Below are positions 54,412 through 62,245 of a DNA stretch of 64,000 bases, one piece after another (within the stretch, counting starts at the first letter, position 1; each line of letters begins with the position of its first letter). Location of the stretch: contig DRKX01000080.1 of NCBI GenBank assembly GCA_011051565.1, forward strand, positions 17,637 through 81,636, given 5' to 3'. This stretch comes from Nitrospirota bacterium. GTDB lineage: Bacteria > Nitrospirota > Thermodesulfovibrionia > Thermodesulfovibrionales > JdFR-85. The notes below the pieces were generated by a model. The model searched no databases, was not told the DNA's origin, and was given only the letters and a program-made list of their open reading frames with translations. Position numbers and translations under genes: made by a program.

Positions 54412-55513
54412 ACTGATTACAGTAGACCGAGTCGGGCAGGTTCACGGTTTTGCAGTGGGGGCATGCCTTCTCCGCCGGTCTTTGCTCCACCGGACTGCCG
54501 CAGCGCATGCAGAACCTCGCGTGCGGCGGCAGGTTCTTGCCGCAGTGCTCGCACTGCCCGAACACAAGTATCTGGTGGCCGCAGTGCATGCAGAACTTGG
54601 CATCCCCCGCAACCGGATTACGGCACTCCGGACACCGGACCGTCTCAGCTGCAGCAGGAGCCCCTGCATTCATCATCGCACCTGCAAACATGGCCGGCAT
54701 CATCAGCCCAAGCCCCATCCCCAGCCCTGCACCGGCCTCTCCCCGCGCATCCGAGGCCTTCTCCACGGCCATGGCGGCCTTCATCTTGAAGAGGCGGTCG
54801 AGGTCGTCCAAGACGTTGAGCCTGCTCTTGTCGTCTATGGCCTTCTGGACCTCGGGCGGTGGGGTTATGGAGTTTATATAGAGGTTGGAGAGGCCGAGGC
54901 CGTAGTGGCTGAAGTCCTCCTCGAGGCGCTTCGACAGGGTGTCGGATATCTCGTCGTACCTGCCCGGCAGATTCAGCAGTGTGTCGAGGTTTTCACCAAG
55001 GTGATCGTTCAACCGCGAGACTATCACCTTGTTCAGGTAGTCTCCGATCTCTTCCGTGGTATAGACACCCTGAGTGCCCACGAGCCTGTTGATGAAGAGC
55101 ACGGGCTGGACCACCCTGATATTGAATACGCCGAAGGCCCTCAACCGTACGAGGCCGAGTTCAGAGTCCCTGAAGGCGACGGGCTCCCTCGTGCCCCACT
55201 TGAGGTTGGCAAAGACCTTCATGTTCGCAAAGTAGACCTCTGCCCTCAGTGGACTCGTCATACCCCAGGGTATACTCAGTATCTTTGTGAGTATAGGGAT
55301 GTTCGCGGTGGTGAGCGTGTGTCGCCCGGGCCCGAATGCATCGAAGGCCTTCCCGTTATAGAAGAGCACCGCTGCCTGGCTCTCCCTGACGACGAGTTGG
55401 GCCCCGAACTTGATCTCTCCGGAACCCCTCTCGGGGATTCTGTGGACCATCTCCCTGCCGCTGTCGTCGAACCACTCGATGACCTCGAGGAAGACTACGT
55501 TGTCAGTTCCCAT
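54395..55513 (-). CDS. SPFH (band 7)-like protein with three C-terminal zinc ribbons (YdjI/COG4260-like)
   Basis: The N-terminal ~250 aa match the YdjI-type SPFH pattern (FLEVIEWFD..., AVLFYNGK, PPPEVQKAIDD). The C-terminus has three CxxC-x10-CxxC ribbons. Confidence 0.75.
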   Translation of the reverse strand: MGTDNVVFLEVIEWFDDSGREMVHRIPERGSGEIKFGAQLVVRESQAAVLFYNGKAFDAFGPGRHTLTTANIPILTKILSIPWGMTSPLRAEVYFANMKVFANLKWGTREPVAFRDSELGLVRLRAFGVFNIRVVQPVLFINRLVGTQGVYTTEEIGDYLNKVIVSRLNDHLGENLDTLLNLPGRYDEISDTLSKRLEEDFSHYGLGLSNLYINSITPPPEVQKAIDDKSRLNVLDDLDRLFKMKAAMAVEKASDARGEAGAGLGMGLGLMMPAMFAGAMMNAGAPAAAETVRCPECRNPVAGDAKFCMHCGHQILVFGQCEHCGKNLPPHARFCMRCGSPVEQRPAEKACPHCKTVNLPDSVYCNQCGQKL

Positions 55514-55602
55514 AACCCTTCACCCCCGGATGCCGTCTCCTGTTATGATAACCCTTCACATCCGTCTCCTTCAAGGCTCGGGACAGAACCGGGCGCCGTG
55601 AG

Positions 55603-57204
55603 CTAACAGAGGTTCCGCTCGAAAGCCGCCGGTTTCTTGGCCCTGGCAGGCTGCACGCGTATCTTCCTTCCGTTGAGTACGGAGTTGTCGACCGAGCTTA
55701 TGACCCTGTCGGCGAGGTCACGGGGTATTTCGACAAAGCTGAACTTGTCGAAGAGTGCGATGTTTCCGATCTTCCTGCCGGGTATGTTAGCACCCGATGC
55801 AATGGACCTTACGATGTCGGCGACCCTCACCCTGTCCCTCTTGCCGACGGTCATGAAGAGCCTGACGTAGTTCTTCGCCGAAGAGAGGCCGTCCGTGAAT
55901 GCATCATCCTCGTCCTCGTCGGATTCGATGTCGGAGAATATGAGGCTGAGCGCCGAAGCGGCTATGTCACGCAGCGGGTAGCGGCTGGAGAGTTCATCGA
56001 CCATGTCGAGGTAGCCGGAATGGTTCTCGTCCTTAATGATGTCGTCGATCTCGTCGAGTATCTCCTGCTCGCGCGCCCTCCTGACCTCGTCCCTCGTGGG
56101 CAGCTTCGCCTTCTCGATCCGGGTCTTCGCAGACCGCTCTATGAGCCTCAACTGCCTGTACTCCCTTGGGGTGACGAAGGTTATGGCGATGCCCGACTTG
56201 CCTGCCCTTCCGGTCCTCCCGATACGGTGGATGTAACTGTCGGGGTTCTGCGGTATGCTGTAGTTGACCACGTGGGAGACGTCGGTGATATCGAGCCCGC
56301 GGGCCGCCACGTCGGTGGCGACGAGTATCTCGATGTCGCCCTTCTTGAATTTCTCCATCATCTCGTCCCTGTGAGACTGCGTGAAGTCGCCGTGTATGGC
56401 CCCCGCATAGTAGCCCATCTGCTGGAGCTTGCCGGCCACCTCATCCACCTCCCTCTTGGTGTGGCAGAAGACGAGGGTGAGGGAAGGGTCCTCGACGTCG
56501 AGCAGCCTCGTGAGGGCCTTTATCTTGTATTCCTCTCTTACCTCGTAGAAGACTTGCTTTATCTTCAGCACGACCATGTTCTTTGCGTCTACGGCCACCC
56601 TCCTGGGGTTGTTCATGTACTTGGCCGCTATGCGCATTATCTCCTTCGGCATGGTGGCCGAAAAGAGCATGGTCTGCCTCTCCTCCGGGATATCCCTCAG
56701 TATGGTCTCTATGTCATCAATGAACCCCATGTTGAGCATCTCGTCGGCCTCGTCGAGCACCAGTATCCGGATGTTCTTGAGGTTGAGCGTTCTTCTGCGG
56801 ATATGATCCAGCACCCTGCCGGGTGTGCCGACGACGACATCGACCCCCTTCTTGAGCGAGCGTATCTGACGCTCGATGGACTGGCCGCCGTAAATGGGGA
56901 CAGAGAGTATACCCTTGTTCTTTCCGATCTTGTTGAGCTCCTGCGCCACCTGCACGGCGAGTTCACGAGTGGGGGCGAGGATGATCGCGTATGGGACCTT
57001 GCCCCTCGTTCCCTTTTCGATTATTGGGATTCCGAACGCCGCGGTCTTCCCCGTGCCGGTCTGGGCCTGCCCTATGATATCGAGCCCCTCCAGTGCCGGC
57101 GGAACGGCGCTCTCCTGTATCGGCGTCGGTTTCTCAAATCCCATCTCGGACAGTGCGTTGAGCACCTCGTCCGAGAGGCCGAAGTTATAGAATCTCTTGT
57201 ACAT
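55603..57204 (-). CDS. DEAD-box ATP-dependent RNA helicase (DeaD/CsdA-like with DbpA-type C-terminal RNA-binding domain)
   Basis: It has a Q-motif, AQTGTGKTAAF, DEAD (VLDEADEML), SAT and HRIGRTGRAG. Start trimmed to ATG 57204, which is preceded by AGGAG. Confidence 0.9.
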   Translation of the reverse strand: MYKRFYNFGLSDEVLNALSEMGFEKPTPIQESAVPPALEGLDIIGQAQTGTGKTAAFGIPIIEKGTRGKVPYAIILAPTRELAVQVAQELNKIGKNKGILSVPIYGGQSIERQIRSLKKGVDVVVGTPGRVLDHIRRRTLNLKNIRILVLDEADEMLNMGFIDDIETILRDIPEERQTMLFSATMPKEIMRIAAKYMNNPRRVAVDAKNMVVLKIKQVFYEVREEYKIKALTRLLDVEDPSLTLVFCHTKREVDEVAGKLQQMGYYAGAIHGDFTQSHRDEMMEKFKKGDIEILVATDVAARGLDITDVSHVVNYSIPQNPDSYIHRIGRTGRAGKSGIAITFVTPREYRQLRLIERSAKTRIEKAKLPTRDEVRRAREQEILDEIDDIIKDENHSGYLDMVDELSSRYPLRDIAASALSLIFSDIESDEDEDDAFTDGLSSAKNYVRLFMTVGKRDRVRVADIVRSIASGANIPGRKIGNIALFDKFSFVEIPRDLADRVISSVDNSVLNGRKIRVQPARAKKPAAFERNLC

Positions 57205-57357
57205 TTTTCTCCTTTTTTGGATAACGGTCCACAGTCCCGACATCCGTCGCGAACGGCGATGATGCATTGCTCGGTCGCCGGATGGCCTCTCCTCCCCAGC
57301 CCCCTACTCGGTGTGGACAGTCACTTCATGTCGTTTTGATGGATAGGCCCTACGGTC

Positions 57358-57552
57358 CTACCTGTACTGCCTTCTGACCCTGGCGTTCTTGACCCTCCTC
57401 TTCTGGGCCTCCCTCTGCTTCCGCCTCTTCTTGACCGAGGGTTTCTCATAGAAACGCCGCTTCTTCAGCTCCCTGAAGAGTCCTTCCTTCTCGGCCACAC
57501 GCTTCAGCAGCCTGATGGCCTTGTCTATATGTCCGTTGACTCTTATCTCCAA
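57358..57552 (-). CDS. rpsU: 30S ribosomal protein S21
   Basis: 64 aa and highly basic. It reads IDKAIRLLKR...GLFRELKKRRFYEKPSVKKRRK, typical of S21. The start is TTG. Confidence 0.85.
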   Translation of the reverse strand: MEIRVNGHIDKAIRLLKRVAEKEGLFRELKKRRFYEKPSVKKRRKQREAQKRRVKNARVRRQYR

Positions 57553-57770
57553 TTGCGTGGTTTCCTTTCTACCTCAAATTTTATGGTTGCCCGGCTCTGC
57601 CCTTCCGGGCCGGAGCACTGCCTCATCCTGATTCAAGAACGGCAAGGCAGCAATCAGGAGCGCCGCACGATCAAATACGGACAAGGTTTGCCGACCCCTG
57701 AGGCTGCCAACCGAAAATTAAGCTGTCAACACCCCCTCTTCTTCGAGTTTGGATTCGAGAGGCAGTAAAC

Positions 57771-57802
57771 AAAAAAGCCGCAAAGTCAAAAGCTTCTGCG
57801 GC
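57771..57802 (-). terminator. Minus-strand intrinsic terminator in the rpsU-upstream intergenic region
   Basis: The minus strand reads GCCGCAGAAGCTTTTGACTTTGCGGC followed by TTTTTTG. No annotated minus-strand gene lies upstream of it. Confidence 0.5.
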
Positions 57803-58090
57803 TTTACAATCGCCAAAAACTTCCGAGGTACATACATTATGGCATACCTTGACACCAAAAAGCAACGAAACGCATCGGAAATCGCAAAAAAACACGCATG
57901 GTGCCGGCAGGATCAAGGAGGAACCCGTAAATTCAGCCATCATTCACGGCCGGTGGATGCAGCAAGGGAGGAGGCCGGCGATGGAACATGGCCTTTTAGG
58001 GAGTACGCCGGACACACTGCCTGAGGCTTGATATATTGAGCCAAATACAGCTACTATAATCATGACGAACTCCAAACAACTCCAGAAGCC

Positions 58091-59872
58091 ATGTTGACCA
58101 CGAAGAAACCATACGTCATAACGCGGGGCAAGGTGATAATCGATTACTCGGGCCTTTACTGCGACACGCCCGAGCAGCTCCTGAGGAGCGAGCTGTTCGA
58201 GGAGATCGTCGACCGCTTCATAGAGAGGGTCGCGATGAGGGAGAGCTCGACCTTCGCGTTCCTGAAGAACCACCTGCACGAACTCAAGAGGGACGAGCTG
58301 ACCAGGTATATAGTGAACCTCTTCCGCCTCCTCTCCAGCCACACGGCTGAAGAGATAGCAGCAATGAACGTCGAGTTCAGGGCCATACTTTCCGAGAAGG
58401 AACACCTGCACGAGTTCATCGAGGAACTGTACAACTACTGGAGGCGATTCGAGCGGTTCATCCACCTCGAGGCACCGAAGAGGTCGAGGTACTCAAAGAG
58501 CAGCATCCACCACGCACAGTTCATAAAGTCCAACGAGGAGTTCAAGAACCTCGTCCTGTACGTCTACAGGCGGATAAGCGAAAACCTCACCGGCAAGAAC
58601 CCGAGGGTCTACAGGCAGTTGCCCGCCGGTGCGAACATGGGCATGCTCATAGAGAAGATAGACTGGGACTGCCCCGAGACGTACGGCAGCCTGAAGGAGA
58701 TACCGTTCATTCGGCTGTCCCTCATAGAACCGCCGCTGATACTGTATCCTGCGATGAACAAGAGGAAGGGGCGGTTCGAAGAGATACCGGAACTCACCAA
58801 GGAGATGCTCGCGCTCGATCCAGAGGAGTGGTTCTGCTTTCCGGCAAAGGTCGGGGACCTCACCGCCTTCATATATTTTCACCGCGACTTCATCTCACTG
58901 GGGCTGTCCCTGAGCAACCTCTTCGAGATAGCGGACTACGAGGACATAGAGGGCAGAACGCCTGACCTGATGTTGATCTTCGGCCTCACGAATGACAACC
59001 CTGCAGGAAACACCGTCTTTTACGAAGACAGAGACTGCGGCACGCTCGTCGGACTCATACGGCACTCAGAGGAGGTGGACTATTTCGGTTACTTCAAGAA
59101 GATGACCCTCACGCTGCACAATATCGCGATGCTCAAGAGGGGCAGGCTGCCCGTTCACGGGGCCATGGTCTACATCAAGCTCAAGTCCGGCGGGACCGCA
59201 AACGTCGTGATAATCGGAGACAGCGGCGCAGGGAAATCGGAGACCCTCGAGGCCCTTCGAGTCCTGTCCGAGGAACACATCTGCGAGATGAGGATAATAT
59301 TCGACGACATGGGCTCTCTCGGTCTCGACAGAGACGGAAGGGTCGTCGGATACGGCACGGAGATAGGAGCGTTCGTGAGGCTCGACGACCTTCAGCCCGG
59401 GTACGCGTACGAGGAGATCGACAGGAGCATCTTCATGAACCCGGACAAGACAAACGCGAGGCTGGTGATGCCGATAACGCGGTACTACCATATAGTCAAG
59501 GGCTACCCCGTGGACATCCTGCTTTATGCAAACAACTACGAGCAGATCGACGACGAACATCCGGCGATCGAGTTCTTCTCCAACCCCGAGGAGGCCCTCT
59601 GCATCTTCAGGAGCGGAGCCCGCCTCGCAAAGGGCACCACTGATGAAAAGGGCCTGGTGCACACATACTTCGCCAACCCCTTCGGGGCCCCACAGCGCAA
59701 GGAAGAGCACGAGAAGTGCGCGGTCTCTTATTTCGAGAGGATGTTTGAAACCGGCACGATGGTCGGCCAGATAAGGACGAGGCTCGGAATCGAGGGATTC
59801 GAGCAGATAGGTCCGCGCTCCGCCTCCATAGAGCTCTTCAAGGTGATAAAGGGCCTCCCACCGTCCTCCTGA
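58091..59872 (+). CDS. Large hypothetical protein with C-terminal HPr-kinase-like P-loop domain
   Basis: 593 aa. The segment LPVHGAMVYIKLKSGGTANVVIIGDSGAGKSETLEAL...IFDDMG parallels the HprK C-terminal domain (LHG..V....G.L..G.SG.GKSE). I do not recognise the N-terminal ~330 aa. Confidence 0.65.
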   Translation: MLTTKKPYVITRGKVIIDYSGLYCDTPEQLLRSELFEEIVDRFIERVAMRESSTFAFLKNHLHELKRDELTRYIVNLFRLLSSHTAEEIAAMNVEFRAILSEKEHLHEFIEELYNYWRRFERFIHLEAPKRSRYSKSSIHHAQFIKSNEEFKNLVLYVYRRISENLTGKNPRVYRQLPAGANMGMLIEKIDWDCPETYGSLKEIPFIRLSLIEPPLILYPAMNKRKGRFEEIPELTKEMLALDPEEWFCFPAKVGDLTAFIYFHRDFISLGLSLSNLFEIADYEDIEGRTPDLMLIFGLTNDNPAGNTVFYEDRDCGTLVGLIRHSEEVDYFGYFKKMTLTLHNIAMLKRGRLPVHGAMVYIKLKSGGTANVVIIGDSGAGKSETLEALRVLSEEHICEMRIIFDDMGSLGLDRDGRVVGYGTEIGAFVRLDDLQPGYAYEEIDRSIFMNPDKTNARLVMPITRYYHIVKGYPVDILLYANNYEQIDDEHPAIEFFSNPEEALCIFRSGARLAKGTTDEKGLVHTYFANPFGAPQRKEEHEKCAVSYFERMFETGTMVGQIRTRLGIEGFEQIGPRSASIELFKVIKGLPPSS

Positions 59873-59886
59873 AAAACGCCCCTGAT

Positions 59887-59915
59887 TTGAATTTTTTCGG
59901 CAAATCCTGTAAAAT
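59887..59915 (+). promoter_or_regulatory. Possible sigma70 promoter for the HU gene
   Basis: TTGAAT, then 17 nt, then TAAAAT. A second TATAAT lies 9 nt further downstream. Confidence 0.4.
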
Positions 59916-59955
59916 TTCCGATATAATCAAAAAATTTCACAAGGGAGGTAGTTCT

Positions 59956-60240
59956 ATGAACAAAGGCGAGTTGATCGAAAAGGTGGCAGCTGCCACGGAG
60001 TCTTCGAAGGCCGTGGCCGCAAAGACGGTGAGTGCCGTGTTCGATACGATCTCAAAGGCGCTGAAGAAGGGCGAGAACGTCACTATAGTCGGCTTCGGCA
60101 CATTCAGCGTGGTCAAGCAGAAGGCGAGAAAGGGCAGAAACCCCGTCACGGGCGAGGCCATAAAGATAAAGGCAAGGAAGAGCCCGAAGTTCAAGGCCGG
60201 CAAGGGCCTGAAGGACATCGTCGCAGGAAAGAAGAAGTAG
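59956..60240 (+). CDS. hup: Histone-like DNA-binding protein HU
   Basis: It reads MNKGELIEKVA...GFGTFSVVKQKARKGRNPVTGEAIKI. ATG 59956 follows GGGAGG. Confidence 0.9.
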   Translation: MNKGELIEKVAAATESSKAVAAKTVSAVFDTISKALKKGENVTIVGFGTFSVVKQKARKGRNPVTGEAIKIKARKSPKFKAGKGLKDIVAGKKK

Positions 60241-60282
60241 CCGAACCGCGTGTTTACCATAGCATAAACAAACAACCATCTA

Positions 60283-60317
60283 CAAGGAAAGGGGGAGGCC
60301 GGCTCCCCCTTTCCTTG
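60283..60317 (+). terminator. Perfect 15-bp hairpin after the HU gene
   Basis: The sequence is CAAGGAAAGGGGGAG-gccgg-CTCCCCCTTTCCTTG, with no U-tract. Confidence 0.45.
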
Positions 60318-60390
60318 TGCCCGGCCAGTGTCTCCACCCATCCCGGCCGTCACGGTCTCCTCCACTAAGCCGCTAATTTTTAAATAAAAC

Positions 60391-60419
60391 TTGACAATTA
60401 TGAGCCCAGGGAATATAAT
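60391..60419 (+). promoter_or_regulatory. Perfect consensus sigma70 promoter upstream of ihfA
   Basis: TTGACA, then 17 nt, then TATAAT, with an AT-rich upstream tract. Confidence 0.65.
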
Positions 60420-60440
60420 TACCAGAGGAGAAGACTCTTC

Positions 60441-60737
60441 ATGACACGGGCTGAGCTGGCAAGGATAATCTTTGAAAAGGTCGGACTTCCGAAGAAGGAA
60501 GCTCAGGACATCATCGAGATAATCCTCGATACAATGAAGCAGACGCTCGCCGAAGGGGAATCCGTAAAGATAACGGGTTTCGGTACGTTCAACGTGAGGA
60601 AGAAGACCCCCAGGAGGGGGAGGAACCCGCAGACCGGCGAGGAGATGGAGATAAGCGCACGGCGGGTCATAACCTTCAAGCCGAGCAACATACTCAAGTC
60701 CATGATAGAGAGACATGATGATCAAGGCGGACAGTAA
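60441..60737 (+). CDS. ihfA: Integration host factor subunit alpha
   Basis: The pattern LPKKEAQDIIEIILDTM...GFGTFNVRKKTPRRGRNPQTGEEMEISARRVITFKPS is IHF-alpha-like. Confidence 0.85.
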   Translation: MTRAELARIIFEKVGLPKKEAQDIIEIILDTMKQTLAEGESVKITGFGTFNVRKKTPRRGRNPQTGEEMEISARRVITFKPSNILKSMIERHDDQGGQ

Positions 60738-61101
60738 GAAGGGGCCTGAAGGGCACAGGATACCTGAAAAGCTCTTCTACAGGATCGGTGAAGTGGGCAG
60801 GATAACGGGTGTGGAGCCCTATGTCCTGAGATACTGGGAGAGCGAATTCCCCTTCCTGAAGCCGAGGAAGAGCAGCTCAGGACAGAGGCTGTACATAAAG
60901 AAGGACATCGAGAACATACTCGAGATCAAGAGGTTGCTCTACAAAGAGCGGTACACGATAGAAGGGGTGAGGAAGAGGTTTTCGGAGCCTCACCTCAGGC
61001 TGGTCAGGCAGGAAGCCGAAGACGGAAGCGCCAAGGTCAAAGAAGCCCTGTCGAGGACAAAGGCCCGCCTGAAAGAGATACTCGAACAATTACAACCCTA
61101 A
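60715..61101 (+). CDS. MerR-family transcriptional regulator
   Basis: The HTH is YRIGEVGRITGVEPYVLRYWESEF...GQRLYIKKDI. It overlaps the ihfA end and is followed by tRNA-Pro, an arrangement I recognise from proteobacteria. Confidence 0.8.
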   Translation: MMIKADSKKGPEGHRIPEKLFYRIGEVGRITGVEPYVLRYWESEFPFLKPRKSSSGQRLYIKKDIENILEIKRLLYKERYTIEGVRKRFSEPHLRLVRQEAEDGSAKVKEALSRTKARLKEILEQLQP

Positions 61102-61108
61102 CAACATT

Positions 61109-61186
61109 CGGGGCGTAGCGCAGCCTGGTTAGCGCACTCGCTTGGGGTGCGAGAGGTCGGCCGTTCGAATCGGCTCGCCCCGACCA
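61109..61186 (+). tRNA. tRNA-Pro (anticodon GGG)
   Basis: The hand-folded cloverleaf has acceptor CGGGGCG/CGCCCCG, anticodon loop TTGGGGT, T-loop TTCGAAT and an encoded CCA. Confidence 0.9.
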
Positions 61187-61317
61187 TTCTCTTCCCTCGT
61201 ACAGCCGCACAGCCGGCATCTCCACGACCCTACCGCCAACGATGTCCTTCACTGCCCAGGTCCTCACCATCCACAGGCGCAGCAGCGGCCCCTGCACGTC
61301 GAGGCCGGGCTCATGAC

Positions 61318-61349
61318 TTGACTTTTATACTATACGCATGTATAGTATA
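61318..61349 (+). promoter_or_regulatory. lexA promoter with embedded 24-bp perfect palindrome (candidate LexA operator)
   Basis: TTGACT (61318-61323), 17 nt, then TATAGT (61341-61346). The palindrome TATACTATAC-GCAT-GTATAGTATA spans 61326-61349. Confidence 0.6.
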
Positions 61350-61352
61350 TTC

Positions 61353-61955
61353 ATGGGCCTGACTCCGAGGCAGAGAGCGGTGCTCGAATTCATAAAGGAG
61401 CACGTGATGGACAGGGGATATCCGCCCACCGTGAGAGAGGTGGCCGAGAGGTTCGGCTACAGCAGTCCGCTTTCAGCGAAGCTCCACATAGACGCACTGG
61501 TGAAGAAGGGTTTCCTGAGGAGGTCACCGTCGAGGTCGAGGGGACTCGAGGTGGTGGGACTCAGCCCGTGCAATGCGTTGCAGATCCCGCTGGTGGGCGG
61601 TATCCGCGCTGGGGATCCGGTACTCGCCGCCGAGAACGCAGAGGAGTACATATCCGTCGACAGGCGGATATTCAGGACCGAGGGAGGGTTCGGCCTCAGG
61701 GTGACGGGCGACAGCATGAAGGGGGCCGGGATCATCGAGGGGGACATCGTCATCGTGGACCCGGAGGTCGAGGCGAGGAGGGGGGACATAGTGGTCGCCC
61801 TAATCGGCGAGGAGGCGACGGTGAAGAGATACTATCCAGAGGGGGAAAGGACGAGGCTCCAGCCCGAAAACCCGGCTATGGAGCCCATAGTGGTCGCCTC
61901 CGCGGAGGTAAGGATCATAGGAAAGGTCACAGGACTCGTAAGGAGGTTTTCATGA
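61353..61955 (+). CDS. lexA: LexA repressor
   Basis: It has an N-terminal wHTH (LTPRQRAVLEFI...GYPPTVREVAERFGY), an Ala-Gly cleavage site (IRAGDP), the Ser nucleophile GDSM and Lys in TVKRY. I prefer the start at ATG 61353. Confidence 0.9.
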   Translation: MGLTPRQRAVLEFIKEHVMDRGYPPTVREVAERFGYSSPLSAKLHIDALVKKGFLRRSPSRSRGLEVVGLSPCNALQIPLVGGIRAGDPVLAAENAEEYISVDRRIFRTEGGFGLRVTGDSMKGAGIIEGDIVIVDPEVEARRGDIVVALIGEEATVKRYYPEGERTRLQPENPAMEPIVVASAEVRIIGKVTGLVRRFS

Positions 61956-62245
61956 CTACAGTAGACGAACCCGTAACCGTGGTGGCCTCTTTCGGAGGCG
62001 GCGGGAGGATAAGCCCGCTGAAGTTCAGGTGGTCTGGCAGGGTGATCCCGGTGAGGGAGGTCACCTACAGGTGGACACGGCACGTCGGCGGCAGGAGGCT
62101 CTACTGCTTCTCCATCTCGGACGGCACGACCCTGTACAGCCTCTCCTTCGACCCCGAAGGACTGAGCTGGCGGCTTCAGGCAGTGGATACAGGGCTGCAC
62201 GAAAGCGCCAGGCCCCGAGCCTACATGCATGCATCAGGAAGATGA
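61952..62245 (+). CDS. Hypothetical 97-aa protein between lexA and dinB
   Basis: AGGAGG lies 6 nt before ATG 61952. The gene overlaps the lexA stop and the dinB start (ATGA). I recognise no motif. Confidence 0.55.
   Translation: MTTVDEPVTVVASFGGGGRISPLKFRWSGRVIPVREVTYRWTRHVGGRRLYCFSISDGTTLYSLSFDPEGLSWRLQAVDTGLHESARPRAYMHASGR

Noticed and set aside
54290-55606. 438-aa plus-strand ORF
   Set aside because: It lies antisense to the SPFH/zinc-ribbon gene and has an implausible composition.
56020-57339. 439-aa plus-strand ORF
   Set aside because: It lies antisense to the DEAD-box helicase gene. It is a shadow ORF.
57849-58031. 60-aa plus-strand ORF
   Set aside because: It has a TTG start without an SD and a highly basic, non-protein-like N-terminal part. 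Only its last 16 codons (ATG 57981 with a strong SD) are kept, as a speculative micro-ORF.
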